From: an uncultured bacterium | Lineage (GTDB): Bacteria; CAIJMQ01 | Reading direction: 5' to 3' | Length of the DNA: 19,473 nt | NCBI GenBank assembly: GCA_964573245.1 | Contig: CAZNJA010000008.1 | Location: forward strand, 1 to 19,473 | Notes under the pieces: generated by a model | What the model saw: only the letters and a program-made list of their open reading frames with translations | What the model was told of the DNA's origin: nothing | The model's database searches: none | Shown here: in pieces, positions 7,983 to 17,255 of the stretch | Layout of the letters: the number at the start of each line of letters is the position of its first letter | How positions within the stretch are numbered: the stretch's first letter is position 1 | Position numbers and translations under genes: made by a program

Positions 7983-8543
7983 TTATACTCTTCTCCTCTT
8001 AGGCGGTCTGCATCCATTATGCGGGATAGGCGTTACATCTCTTATAAGTGTTATCGTAAGTCCCGCAGATTCCAAAGATCTTATTGCCGCTTCTCTTCCA
8101 GACCCTGGACCTTTGACATAAACGCTTACTTCCTTCATGCCAAATGCCAAAGCTTTCTTACCCACAATGTCAGCGGCTCGCGAAGCCGCAAAAGGAGTAG
8201 ACTTTTTTGTGCCTTTAAATCCAACTGCCCCTGAAGAAGAAGAAACTACAGTGTTCCCATGTAAATCCGCAATTGTGACCAGTGTATTGTTAAAAGTAGA
8301 CTTTATATGAACTATGCCTTTGGAAATCTTCAAAGCCTTCTTCTTTTTCTTCCCTTTACTAATAGTCGTTTTAATCTCTTCTACTATTTTCCCATCGTCA
8401 ACTGGTTTCCCTTCTACAGCAGGTTTAGCCTCTCTAGCTTGGTTTGTCTCATGAACCGATTTGACTCTCTTGCTGTCTTCGGTTTTTACGTGCTTTTCCG
8501 CCGATTTTTCTTTCTTTTCTTGTTCTGGTTTTGACTCTGCCAT
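7983..8543 (-). CDS. rpsK: 30S ribosomal protein S11 with long N-terminal extension
   Basis: [48 protein letters not shown]. Confidence 0.96.
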   Translation of the reverse strand: MAESKPEQEKKEKSAEKHVKTEDSKRVKSVHETNQAREAKPAVEGKPVDDGKIVEEIKTTISKGKKKKKALKISKGIVHIKSTFNNTLVTIADLHGNTVVSSSSGAVGFKGTKKSTPFAASRAADIVGKKALAFGMKEVSVYVKGPGSGREAAIRSLESAGLTITLIRDVTPIPHNGCRPPKRRRV

Positions 8544-8562
8544 AATTTTACCTTTTCAATTA

Positions 8563-8967
8563 TTACTTTTTATCAGATGAAGTCATTCTTTCTTTTACTT
8601 TTTTCCTCAAAACTCCAACGGTTTTTCTGGGACCTTTTCTGGTGCGAGCATTGCAAGACGTTCTTTGCCCTCGAACAGGAAGCCCCACCTTGTGTCTGTA
8701 TCCCCGATATGTTCCGATACTTGAAAGTTCTCTTATATTTGTAGTAATTTCCTGTTTTAACGAACCTTCAACTTTAAAATTAGATTGAATTGCTGAAGCT
8801 ATTTTACTTAATTCTTCCCCACTCAGGTCTTTTATTCTCTTTTCAGGGTCTACGCCTGCAGAATTCAATATGAACATAGCCCTGGTGGGACCTATTCCAT
8901 AAATATACCTTAACGAGATTTTACTCTTTTTCCCATCCGGTATTTCAACACCCATAATTCTCGCCAT
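8563..8967 (-). CDS. rpsM: 30S ribosomal protein S13
   Basis: MARIMGVEIP, IYGIG, YRGYRH..GLPVRGQRT..NARTRKG. Confidence 0.97.
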   Translation of the reverse strand: MARIMGVEIPDGKKSKISLRYIYGIGPTRAMFILNSAGVDPEKRIKDLSGEELSKIASAIQSNFKVEGSLKQEITTNIRELSSIGTYRGYRHKVGLPVRGQRTSCNARTRKGPRKTVGVLRKKVKERMTSSDKK

Positions 8968-8969
8968 GA

Positions 8970-9083
8970 TTATTTCTGCCTTTGTTTATGAGCGGGATTA
9001 GAACAAATGATATGAAGACGCCCTTTCCTTCTGACCAATTTGCATTTCCCGCATATTTTTTTAACCGAAGTTCTTACTTTCAT
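8970..9083 (-). CDS. rpmJ: 50S ribosomal protein L36 (missing from the ORF track)
   Basis: Manual translation [37 protein letters not shown]; Zn ligands C/C/C/H; SD GAGGA; lies between infA and rpsM. Confidence 0.96.
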   Translation of the reverse strand: MKVRTSVKKICGKCKLVRRKGRLHIICSNPAHKQRQK

Positions 9084-9126
9084 TAACTTTTCCTCACTTC
9101 ATCCCGTAATCCGTATGCGTAAAAAA

Positions 9127-9348
9127 TTATCTGCTATGTCTGTATGTTATTCTACCTCTTGTCAGATCATAGGGAGAGAGTTCAACCGTAACTTCATCTC
9201 CTGTTAAAATTCTTATAAAATGTACTCTCATCTTCCCCGAAATATGGGCCAAAATCTTATGTCCGTTCTCGAGCTCTACTTTAAAGTATGCATTGGGCAA
9301 AGATTCTACAACCTTGCCTCTGACTTGTATTTTTTCTTTTTTAGCCAT
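9127..9348 (-). CDS. infA: Translation initiation factor IF-1
   Basis: [45 protein letters not shown]. Confidence 0.97.
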   Translation of the reverse strand: MAKKEKIQVRGKVVESLPNAYFKVELENGHKILAHISGKMRVHFIRILTGDEVTVELSPYDLTRGRITYRHSR

Positions 9349-9959
9349 TCCAAACTCATTATTTTATCATAAGTGGTTTCTTTGTTTCCACCAGCATCTA
9401 TATTTTCCAGGATGCCTTTTTCGTCGTAATATCTTATTAGTTCTGCGGTTTGCTCTTTGTAAGTATTAATCCGTTGTCTTATAGTATCAGGTTTGTCATC
9501 TTCTCTTTGATAAAGTTTGCCACCACAAATATCGCATATCCCTTCTGTTTTAGGAGGCATATTTCTAAGATGATATATTTTGCCGCATTGAGAACAGATG
9601 CATCTGCCCGAAATGCGAGAAATTATCGTCTCTTCGTTGACTCGTAAATTTAATACTATATCCATATCAATGTTTGCCTCTTCCAATTTTTTTGCTTGCT
9701 CCAAGTTTCTTGGAAACCCATCCAAAACAAAATCATCCGTATCAAGCTTTTCTTTCATCATACCTATGATTATTTCATCAGGAACGAGCACTCCTTTTTC
9801 CATAAATTCCTTTGCTTTCACGCCAAGCGGATTATTTTCTTTAAGTGCGTCTCTCAAAATATCTCCACTTGATAAATGCGGAATGCCAAAATTTGCGCAT
9901 AACATTTCCGCTATCGTTCCTTTCCCAGCGCCCGGAGGCCCCATTATTAGTATTTTCAT
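9306..9959 (-). CDS. adk: Adenylate kinase (zinc-type LID)
   Basis: [10 protein letters not shown]-loop, LDGFPR, LID CSQC...CDIC, QREDD. Confidence 0.96.
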   Translation of the reverse strand: MKILIMGPPGAGKGTIAEMLCANFGIPHLSSGDILRDALKENNPLGVKAKEFMEKGVLVPDEIIIGMMKEKLDTDDFVLDGFPRNLEQAKKLEEANIDMDIVLNLRVNEETIISRISGRCICSQCGKIYHLRNMPPKTEGICDICGGKLYQREDDKPDTIRQRINTYKEQTAELIRYYDEKGILENIDAGGNKETTYDKIMSLEWLKKKKYKSEARL

Positions 9960-9983
9960 CTAAAATTTTTGATATTTTATTTT

Positions 9984-10046
9984 CCCTCTGGAATATTTTC
10001 AAGATTCTGAGGACTTAGTCCCTGAAATTCTACGAATTTCTAGGGG
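9984..10046. repeat. Tandem REP-like hairpins in the secY-adk spacer
   Basis: CCTC..GAAT...ATTC.GAGG (9985-10012) and CCCT-GAAATTC-TAC-GAATTTC-T-AGGG (10020-10045). Confidence 0.45.
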
Positions 10047-10056
10047 TAATTTTTGG

Positions 10057-11385
10057 CTAGTATCTGCCTCTCATTTTGCCTTTTTGGATAAATCCGCTGT
10101 ATTGACGCATCAATAGATGCGACTCCAACTGCCCCATTGTATCCAGGGCAACACCCACAACAATTAAAAGAGATGTTCCGCCAAAATAAAAAGGCAGATT
10201 AAGTCTGCGTTCAAGAACCATCGGCAATAATGCTATCGCTGCAAGAAACAACCCCCCTGGAAGCGCAATCCTCGTCATTATCCTTTCGAAATAGTCAGCT
10301 GTAGTTCTGCCAGGCTTTATTCCCGGAACAAATCCTCCTTGTTTTTTGATATTTTCAGCCATATCGTTAGGATTGAAAGTCATAGCAGTATAAAAATAAG
10401 TAAAGAAAACTATTAAAACCGCATAAATAAACATTCCTAAAGGGTTTCTTAAAGAAAAAAGAGACATTATTTCCGTAAATCTGGATTCAGACCCACGTAA
10501 AAAGAAAGTGCTTATGGTTTCTGGAAACTGCATTATTGAAACTGCAAATATTATGGGAATAACTCCTGCCTGATTTACTCTTAAAGGTATATAAGTGGAT
10601 TGCCCACCATATATTTTTCTGCCTATAACCCTTTTTGCATATTGGACAGGGATACGTCTCTGCGCCTGTGTTATCAGCACAACGCCTGCGACAATTGCAA
10701 CGGCAAAAATTATAACAAAAATTAACAAGAGGACACTCATTTGTCCGTTCTTAATAAGCGTAATCGTGCGCATAAAATCAGCGGGAGAACGCGACAATAT
10801 ACCTGCGAAAATTATCAAAGAAATTCCATTACCTATACCTTTTTCAGAAATTTGTTCACCAATCCACATTATAAATGTAGTACCTGCGGTCATTGTTATT
10901 ATCGTCATTATCCTAAATGCCCAGCCTGGAGAATCAACCATAATAATTCCCTGGAAATTACCAGGCATTTCAAGCACTTTTGCAATTCCTAAAGATTGAA
11001 TTATCGCGATTAAAATTGTGCCATAACGAGTAAATTGAACTATTTTCCTTCTCCCTTCTTCGCCTTCTTCCTTGGAAATTTTCTCAAGATACGGGACAAC
11101 AGGAACTAACATCTGAATAATAATAGAAGAAGTGATATACGGCATTATACCCAAAGCAAATACGGAAGCTTGGCTTAAAGCTCCGCCTGCGAATAGGTCC
11201 CACATACCAAAAAGAGTCCCCTGCATTTTTTCAAAGAAACCTGCCAAAGCCGTGCTGTCTATACCCGGTGTAGGGACATGAATTCCCGCTCTGTACAGAG
11301 CAAGAAATCCTAAAGTTATGAATATCCGTCTTGATAACTCCGGAATCTTAAAGATATTTCTTAATCCACCAAGATTTACAGCCAT
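10057..11385 (-). CDS. secY: Preprotein translocase subunit SecY
   Basis: SVFALGIMPYITSSII.Q, WIGEQISEKGIGNGISLIIFAGI, NQAGVIPIIFA, FGGTSLLIVVGV. Confidence 0.98.
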   Translation of the reverse strand: MAVNLGGLRNIFKIPELSRRIFITLGFLALYRAGIHVPTPGIDSTALAGFFEKMQGTLFGMWDLFAGGALSQASVFALGIMPYITSSIIIQMLVPVVPYLEKISKEEGEEGRRKIVQFTRYGTILIAIIQSLGIAKVLEMPGNFQGIIMVDSPGWAFRIMTIITMTAGTTFIMWIGEQISEKGIGNGISLIIFAGILSRSPADFMRTITLIKNGQMSVLLLIFVIIFAVAIVAGVVLITQAQRRIPVQYAKRVIGRKIYGGQSTYIPLRVNQAGVIPIIFAVSIMQFPETISTFFLRGSESRFTEIMSLFSLRNPLGMFIYAVLIVFFTYFYTAMTFNPNDMAENIKKQGGFVPGIKPGRTTADYFERIMTRIALPGGLFLAAIALLPMVLERRLNLPFYFGGTSLLIVVGVALDTMGQLESHLLMRQYSGFIQKGKMRGRY

Positions 11386-11420
11386 TTTTTGTTTATATCA
11401 AAGATACAAATGAAAAGTTT

Positions 11421-12080
11421 CTATTTATCTTCCTTTTTCCCTTTTGTCTTTACCTTAGCTTTAGTTTTTACAGATTTCTTTTCCCTTGCCGCTTTCGGAT
11501 TTTTCCTTTTTTTTGCAACTTTTACTCTTTCTTCCGCCTTTTCATCTATTTTTTGTTCTTTTACCGGAGAAGTTTCTTTTATAGACACCTTTTTATTTTT
11601 ATGTTCTGATTCGGTATCTGTTGATTTTAAAAGGTGAGTATTTATCTCTATGACTTTGCCGCCCTTTTTAAGGATTTCGTCTCTTGCCTTCAAACTGAAT
11701 TTATGAGCCTTAACAACAAGTGCAGTTTCAATTTCCCCCTTGCCAAGAATTTTGACTTTCTTATCTATTTTTTTAATGAGACCTTTTTTATATAGAATCT
11801 CTGGGGTTATCTCTTTTTCTCCTTTCAAAACATTAAGAGAATACAGATTGACTTCCTGATATAATTCCTTTGTCAAAGGACTAAAACCTCTTTTGGGAAG
11901 TCTCCTATATAAAGGCATCTGTCCACCTTCAAAACCGAGATAATGAACGCGGCCAGAGCGAGAGCCTTCTCCGGTTAATCCTCTTCCGCTATAATTGCCC
12001 TTTCCGGAAGAATCTCCTCTTCCCACTCTTTTTACTTTATGTTTTTTGCCATAAGGAGGCAGTAAATTATGTAGTTTCAC
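11421..12080 (-). CDS. rplO: 50S ribosomal protein L15 with long Lys/Glu-rich C-terminal tail
   Basis: KRVGRG.SSG.G, GFEGGQMPLYRRLPKRGF, KILGKG; GTG start overlapping the end of rpsE. Confidence 0.96.
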   Translation of the reverse strand: MKLHNLLPPYGKKHKVKRVGRGDSSGKGNYSGRGLTGEGSRSGRVHYLGFEGGQMPLYRRLPKRGFSPLTKELYQEVNLYSLNVLKGEKEITPEILYKKGLIKKIDKKVKILGKGEIETALVVKAHKFSLKARDEILKKGGKVIEINTHLLKSTDTESEHKNKKVSIKETSPVKEQKIDEKAEERVKVAKKRKNPKAAREKKSVKTKAKVKTKGKKEDK

Positions 12081-12579
12081 TTTTCCCGACCCTCATTTTA
12101 GAACGTTCTATATCCCTATTTATTTTCCTTAACCCATTCAAAGTCGCTTTTATTACATTAAGAGGATTATTGGAACCTAAAGATTTAGTCAGGACATCTT
12201 TAATACCAGACAGTTCCAAAACCGCTCGGGCTGGTGCCCCGGCAATAATACCAGTTCCTTTAAAAGCGGGTCTAAGAACCACCCTTGAAGAGATATATCT
12301 TCCTATTACAGAAGTGGGTATTGTATTATCCTTTATTGGAATTTTCACCATATTTTTAGATGCTATCTTAACTCCTTTTCTTATTGCTTCCGCCACTTCC
12401 GGCGCTTTGCCTAAACCATATCCTACATTGCCGTTTCCATCTCCTACCACCACAACAGCGTTGAACGCTATTTTCCTCCCGCCTTTAGCTACCTTTCCTA
12501 CGCGATTTATATATACAACTTTTTCCTTTAAAGTTATTTGTTCAACTTCTTTTCTAATTCTTTCTTTAATCTGTCCCAT
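12067..12579 (-). CDS. rpsE: 30S ribosomal protein S5
   Basis: INRV.KVAKGGR, VVVGDGNG.VG.G.GKA, LRPA..GTGIIAG, KSLGSNNP.N. Confidence 0.97.
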   Translation of the reverse strand: MGQIKERIRKEVEQITLKEKVVYINRVGKVAKGGRKIAFNAVVVVGDGNGNVGYGLGKAPEVAEAIRKGVKIASKNMVKIPIKDNTIPTSVIGRYISSRVVLRPAFKGTGIIAGAPARAVLELSGIKDVLTKSLGSNNPLNVIKATLNGLRKINRDIERSKMRVGKSETT

Positions 12580-12601
12580 AATTCCTCGCTTACTATTTCT
12601 T

Positions 12602-12967
12602 TTATATCCCGGCTTTCTTTAAACCTTCAGCCACAGCTTTTATTCTACCGTGATATCGATATCCACTCCTGTCAAAAAGACTTTTTTTAATACCCTTTTC
12701 TATAGCTTTTTTACCCGCCAATTCTCCGACAAAAGCAGCGCCCTGAATGTTAGCGCCATTAATTTTTTTCTCTTTGCACTCTTTAGAAAGAGAAGAAAAA
12801 GTCATCAAAACTTTATTGTTTTGGTCATCTATCATATTGATATAGATATTCTTACCGCTTTTAAAAACATATACTCGGGGACACAGAAGGGTTCCATGCA
12901 TTTTTGCTTTCGTCTTTCTATGTCTTCTATATCTCTTTATACGTTTTACTTTAAGCTCTTTGCTCAT
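12602..12967 (-). CDS. rplR: 50S ribosomal protein L18
   Basis: RRH, PRVYVFKS, FDRSGYRYHGRIKAVAE. Confidence 0.95.
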   Translation of the reverse strand: MSKELKVKRIKRYRRHRKTKAKMHGTLLCPRVYVFKSGKNIYINMIDDQNNKVLMTFSSLSKECKEKKINGANIQGAAFVGELAGKKAIEKGIKKSLFDRSGYRYHGRIKAVAEGLKKAGI

Positions 12968-12986
12968 AATTATTTATTGTGTTATC

Positions 12987-13550
12987 CTACCCCGCTCCAG
13001 CCACACCAGTTGCCGCAGTCTTCCCAGGTTTTAATTTGATGTATTCTCCTTTATATCGTATTCCTTTACCTTTATAAGCGTTAGGTAAAGAACACTTGCG
13101 AATTTCACAAGCTACTTGTCCCACTTCCTGCTTACTTGGTCCACTGATAATCACTTCAAAATTTTTCGTTTTTTTCACTTCCAATTTAACACTGCCCGAT
13201 GGCATATATTCGACCGGATGAGAAAAACCAAGTTTCATAACCAACTTTTTACCTTCCATTTTAGCTGAATAGCCAATCCCAATTATTTCCAACTCTTTTT
13301 GAAACTCTTCACAAACCCCCTTTATCATATTAGCAATTAAAGTCCTTGTGGTCCCATGAAGAGCGCGGTCAAATTTTTCGTCCGAAGAACGTTTGACTGT
13401 AATTTTTTCGTTGTCTTTTGTGATATCTATCAAAGGAGAAAACCGTTCAGATAATTTCCCTTTTGGACCTTCGACCGAAACAACATTCTGCTTAATATCG
13501 ACTTTAACATTATTCGGTATAGAGATGGGCTTTTTACCAATTCGCGACAT
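12987..13550 (-). CDS. rplF: 50S ribosomal protein L6
   Basis: MSRIGKKPI, GPKGKL, LGFSHPV, YKGKGIRY. Confidence 0.97.
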   Translation of the reverse strand: MSRIGKKPISIPNNVKVDIKQNVVSVEGPKGKLSERFSPLIDITKDNEKITVKRSSDEKFDRALHGTTRTLIANMIKGVCEEFQKELEIIGIGYSAKMEGKKLVMKLGFSHPVEYMPSGSVKLEVKKTKNFEVIISGPSKQEVGQVACEIRKCSLPNAYKGKGIRYKGEYIKLKPGKTAATGVAGAG

Positions 13551-13561
13551 TATTTATTCTC

Positions 13562-13957
13562 CTATTCTACATAACACAAAAGTTCTCCGCCAATACCTTT
13601 TTCTTTGCCTTCATCTGATGTCATAACTCCCTGAGATGTAGAAATAATCCAAACTCTATTTATTTCTCTTGCAGGCATTGCATCTCTTTTTACGTAAACT
13701 TTTTTGCTTATTTTGCTTACTCTCTTTGCATCCCTTATTCCTGGTTCGTTGCCAAAATATCGTAACTTGACCGCAATATTATTCTTTTTGCCATCTTTTT
13801 TGCTGGCATAATCTTCTATAAACCCTTCTTTTTTAAGCACTTCCAAAATTCCCATCCTCAGTTTTGAAAATGTAATAATTATTTCGGCTTTGCGTGACAA
13901 AGAAGCATTTTTCAAAGCAACCATAAGATCTGCTACCGAGTCAGTAACGCTCATCAT
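13562..13957 (-). CDS. rpsH: 30S ribosomal protein S8 (divergent)
   Basis: SKL...L.VLKKEGFI, ISTSQGVMT, GIGGELLCYV; between rpsN and rplF; SD AAGGAG (start may be 13954). Confidence 0.94.
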   Translation of the reverse strand: MMSVTDSVADLMVALKNASLSRKAEIIITFSKLRMGILEVLKKEGFIEDYASKKDGKKNNIAVKLRYFGNEPGIRDAKRVSKISKKVYVKRDAMPAREINRVWIISTSQGVMTSDEGKEKGIGGELLCYVE

Positions 13958-14028
13958 TTTCTCCTTAATCTATATAAATATAAACTAAAATTCTAAAATT
14001 CGCAGAACAACAAATTTGTTTTGCAATT

Positions 14029-14214
14029 CTACCAACTAGACTTAGTAACTCCTGGGATTTCTCCCTTATGAGCCAAATTGCGAAAACATATTCTGCAAAG
14101 ACCAAATTTTCTTATAAAAGCTCTGCGCCTCCCGCACAGTTGACAACGATTATAAGAGCGACCCTTAAATTTATTTTTTCTTTTTGTTTTTTCTATTAAT
14201 GCTTTTCTTGCCAT
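14029..14214 (-). CDS. rpsN: 30S ribosomal protein S14, short zinc-binding type Z
   Basis: 61 aa from ATG 14214: MARKAL...RCQLCGR...FGLCRICFR...[11 protein letters not shown]. Confidence 0.96.
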   Translation of the reverse strand: MARKALIEKTKRKNKFKGRSYNRCQLCGRRRAFIRKFGLCRICFRNLAHKGEIPGVTKSSW

Positions 14215-14227
14215 GTTATTTAAATTT

Positions 14228-14788
14228 TCATTCTTTCCTAAAAGGCATACCAAAAGCTTCCAATAAAATATAGCCTTCTTTGTTGGTTTTTGCTGTAGTC
14301 ACAAAACAAATATCCATTCCCATGATATGAAGAATCTGTTCATGCGCTATTTCAGGGAAAACCTGTTGCTCTTGTATTCCCATAGAATAATTTCCTCTTC
14401 CATCAAAAGAGTCAGGGTTAACACCTCTAAAATCTCTTATACGGGGTAGGACAAAAGAAATAAATCTATCTAAAAATTCATACATTTTATCTCTTCTCAA
14501 AGTAACCTTACACCCTATCGGTTTGCCTTGTCTCAATTTAAACCCCGACACAGATACTTTTGCTTTAGTTATAATCGGCTTTTGTCCACTTACAATAGAA
14601 AGTAACTTCAATCCTTCATCCAGAAATTTTTTATCGTCTTTGGCTTCTCCGACGCCCATATTTAGCACTATCATCTTGAGTTTCGGCACTTGCATTAAAT
14701 TAGTGTATTTAAATTTCTCCATAATATATGGGACAATTTCTTTTAAATACTTTTCTTTTAATCTGGGAATATATTTTTCTTCTACCAT
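14228..14788 (-). CDS. rplE: 50S ribosomal protein L5
   Basis: [11 protein letters not shown]...[30 protein letters not shown]. Confidence 0.97.
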   Translation of the reverse strand: MVEEKYIPRLKEKYLKEIVPYIMEKFKYTNLMQVPKLKMIVLNMGVGEAKDDKKFLDEGLKLLSIVSGQKPIITKAKVSVSGFKLRQGKPIGCKVTLRRDKMYEFLDRFISFVLPRIRDFRGVNPDSFDGRGNYSMGIQEQQVFPEIAHEQILHIMGMDICFVTTAKTNKEGYILLEAFGMPFRKE

Positions 14789-14825
14789 CTCTATTTAACT
14801 CCAATCAATATTAAATCGTGAAAAT

Positions 14826-15149
14826 TCAAGCTTTACCTATTATATCTCTGCATTTTTTACAAAAACGGGCTTTTGTATTATCTTTCAATATCTTTATGCC
14901 AACTCTCACACCTTTTGCACATTTTGGACAATAAACCATCAAATTAGAACAGTCAACTGGTTTTTCCAACTCCACAATCCCTCCCTGGGCATTTTTCTGC
15001 GAAGGTTTAGTGTGTTTTTTAGCAATATTTATACGCTCCAAAACAGCTCTATTTCTCCTAGGCAAGACCATTTTAACCTTGGCTGTTTTACCCTTATCCT
15101 CTCCGGATACCACAAGAACCGTATCACCCTTTTTAATAGAAATACTCAT
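14826..15149 (-). CDS. rplX: 50S ribosomal protein L24
   Basis: IKKGDTV.V.SG.DKGK, KKH.KP, GGIVE.E.P; C-terminal CPKC...CKKC. Confidence 0.96.
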   Translation of the reverse strand: MSISIKKGDTVLVVSGEDKGKTAKVKMVLPRRNRAVLERINIAKKHTKPSQKNAQGGIVELEKPVDCSNLMVYCPKCAKGVRVGIKILKDNTKARFCKKCRDIIGKA

Positions 15150-15166
15150 GTTTTTTCTTCCCCCAC

Positions 15167-15532
15167 TTACACCACTTCTGGAGCAAGAGATATTATTTTT
15201 GCAAAATTTTTATCCCTTAATTCCCGAGGGACAGGACCAAAAATACGTGTCCCTATAGGGTTATTTGTTTTATCAATTAACACTACCGAATTTTTGTCGA
15301 ATCTTACATACGTTCCATCGTTTCGCTTTATTTCTTTTTTAACTCTTACGACAACCGCTCTAACAACTTCGCCTTTTTTGATGTTACCGCCAACACCTAT
15401 TTCTTTCACGGATGCCATTATGATATCGCCAATGGTAGCGTGTCTCTTTTTACCGCCCGCCACTTGGAAACAATACACCCTTTTTACGCCTGTATTGTCC
15501 GCAACATCCAATCTTGATGCTAAACCGATCAT
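15167..15532 (-). CDS. rplN: 50S ribosomal protein L14
   Basis: [34 protein letters not shown]. Confidence 0.96.
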   Translation of the reverse strand: MIGLASRLDVADNTGVKRVYCFQVAGGKKRHATIGDIIMASVKEIGVGGNIKKGEVVRAVVVRVKKEIKRNDGTYVRFDKNSVVLIDKTNNPIGTRIFGPVPRELRDKNFAKIISLAPEVV

Positions 15533-15840
15533 TTTACACCTTTCTTCTTTGACTTTTTAAGTCTGGAAATTCTTTTCTTAAGGTTGGCTTCTAACTCGGA
15601 CTTGGTGGTCTTGATAATTTCAACCACCTTCCATCTTTTGGTTTTAGACAAAGGTTTTGTTTGCACTATTTTTACTGTATCGCCTAATTTTGCCTTACCA
15701 TCAGGATTATGAGCCACAAATCTACTTTTCCTCTTCAGTGTCTTTCCATATATAGGATGAAAGACCAAACTAATCGTTTCCACAACAACTGTGGACTGCA
15801 TCCTATCAGAAGTAATTTTACCTTGTTTCTGTTTTTTCAT
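15529..15840 (-). CDS. rpsQ: 30S ribosomal protein S17 with basic C-terminal tail
   Basis: [21 protein letters not shown]....PLSKTKRW. Confidence 0.95.
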   Translation of the reverse strand: MKKQKQGKITSDRMQSTVVVETISLVFHPIYGKTLKRKSRFVAHNPDGKAKLGDTVKIVQTKPLSKTKRWKVVEIIKTTKSELEANLKKRISRLKKSKKKGVK

Positions 15841-16030
15841 TTTTTAGTTGTCTTTCTTTTAGTATTGTATGTATACGAGCAATATCCTTTTTTGTCTCTT
15901 TAACTTTCTTAAGATTTCCTAACTGGCCGGTAATAAGTTGAGTTCTCAAATTAAAAAGTTCCGTATATAAAGAATTCCGTTTCGAAAGTAACTCTTCCTC
16001 GGAATATTGTCTGAATTCTACTTTTTGCAT
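15818..16030 (-). CDS. rpmC: 50S ribosomal protein L29
   Basis: ELFNLR.Q..TGQL.N, KKDIARIHTIL.ER. Confidence 0.94.
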   Translation of the reverse strand: MQKVEFRQYSEEELLSKRNSLYTELFNLRTQLITGQLGNLKKVKETKKDIARIHTILKERQLKNEKTETR

Positions 16031-16032
16031 TC

Positions 16033-16455
16033 TTAAACTCCAATTTTGTGACGAGAAATTATTTTCGTCTGAAGAGGCAACTTATCACAGGCTACTTTCA
16101 ACGCTTTCATTGCAATATCTTCCGAAATTCCTTCGATTTCAAGGATTATTCTCCCAGGTTGAATCGGAGCAACCCATGTTGCAACTTCTCCTTTGCCTTT
16201 TCCCATTCTTGTTTCCAATGGTTTTTTTGTAATTGGTTTGTCTGTGGCAACCTTGAAAAATATTTTGCCGCCTTTTTTAATAGTCCGAGCTATCGCTAAT
16301 CTGGCAGCTTCCATCTGTTGAGAGGTAATTATTCCAACTTCAACGGCTTTAATTCCATACTCGCCATGCGTCAAAATTGTTCCTCTTGAACTTCTGCCCT
16401 TTATGCGACCCTTATGTCGTTTCCTGTATTTTATTCTTTTAGGAATAAGAGGCAT
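16033..16455 (-). CDS. rplP: 50S ribosomal protein L16
   Basis: PKRIKYRK.H.GR, EAAR, DKPITKKP.ETRMGKGKG. Confidence 0.96.
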   Translation of the reverse strand: MPLIPKRIKYRKRHKGRIKGRSSRGTILTHGEYGIKAVEVGIITSQQMEAARLAIARTIKKGGKIFFKVATDKPITKKPLETRMGKGKGEVATWVAPIQPGRIILEIEGISEDIAMKALKVACDKLPLQTKIISRHKIGV

Positions 16456-16458
16456 ATT

Positions 16459-17253
16459 TTATTTTCCTTTGTCTTTGTCAGATTTCCCTTTTACGCTTTG
16501 ACTGCTGTTAGTTTTTTGCTTTGTAAAGCGAGGTTTTCGCTTGTCTGCTGTTTTATTTTCTGTAACAAGAACCTTAAAATTTTGATTTTCAGAGGGGAGT
16601 TTATTCCCTGTTTTGCCAGCTTTAACTTTTAAAACTTCTCCTTTATATACCCAAGCTTTAACACCTATGGTTCCATACATTGTCTTTGCTTCAGAAAAAC
16701 CATAATCAATAATAGCTCTTATCGTATGAAGTGGCACTTTGCCTTCCTTGTATTCTTCATCCCGAGCTATTTCGTTTCCTGCCAACCTGCCTTTACATTT
16801 GATTTTTATTCCTTTAGCACCAGAATCCATAGCTTGACTAATAGCTCTTTTCATCGCCCTTCTGAAAGGTATTCTCTTTTCTAATTGCAATGCCACATTT
16901 TCCGCTATCAGTTGAGCATTTGAAGAGGCATTTCTTACTTCTCTTATGTTTAATACCACCTCTTTATTATTCACCAGTTTTTGTATTTGGTCTCTTAATT
17001 TGTCTACCTCGACTCCTCCTCTTCCAATAACTATGCCCGGCTTTGCGGTAAAAATATCAATTACAACTTGTTCAGGAAGTCTGCCAATTTCAACCTTCGG
17101 AATACTGGCAAATTTTAAATTTGTCTTTATCAAAGTTCTTATTTTTATATCCTCAAGCAACAATTTCGCATAACCTTTATCTGCATACCACTTGGAGTCC
17201 CAATCTATCGTGACGCCGAGGCGAAAACCTTTAGGATTAACTTTTTGTCCCAT
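16459..17253 (-). CDS. rpsC: 30S ribosomal protein S3 with C-terminal tail
   Basis: [48 protein letters not shown]. Confidence 0.97.
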   Translation of the reverse strand: MGQKVNPKGFRLGVTIDWDSKWYADKGYAKLLLEDIKIRTLIKTNLKFASIPKVEIGRLPEQVVIDIFTAKPGIVIGRGGVEVDKLRDQIQKLVNNKEVVLNIREVRNASSNAQLIAENVALQLEKRIPFRRAMKRAISQAMDSGAKGIKIKCKGRLAGNEIARDEEYKEGKVPLHTIRAIIDYGFSEAKTMYGTIGVKAWVYKGEVLKVKAGKTGNKLPSENQNFKVLVTENKTADKRKPRFTKQKTNSSQSVKGKSDKDKGK

Positions 17254-17255
17254 GT

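Noticed and set aside
7982..8017. Extended starts given for rpsD (8017) and rpsN (14253)
   Set aside because: Both overlap upstream genes; family-typical starts are at 7981 and 14214.
13997..14028. AT-rich hairpin in the rpsN-rpsH spacer as a terminator
   Set aside because: Contains a mismatch on the mRNA strand, is weak, and sits mid-operon without a clean U-tract.
7343..15149. Cys-rich zinc forms of S4, S14, L36, L24 and Adk as unusual
   Set aside because: Zinc-binding forms are widespread, especially in anaerobes, so this is not novel.
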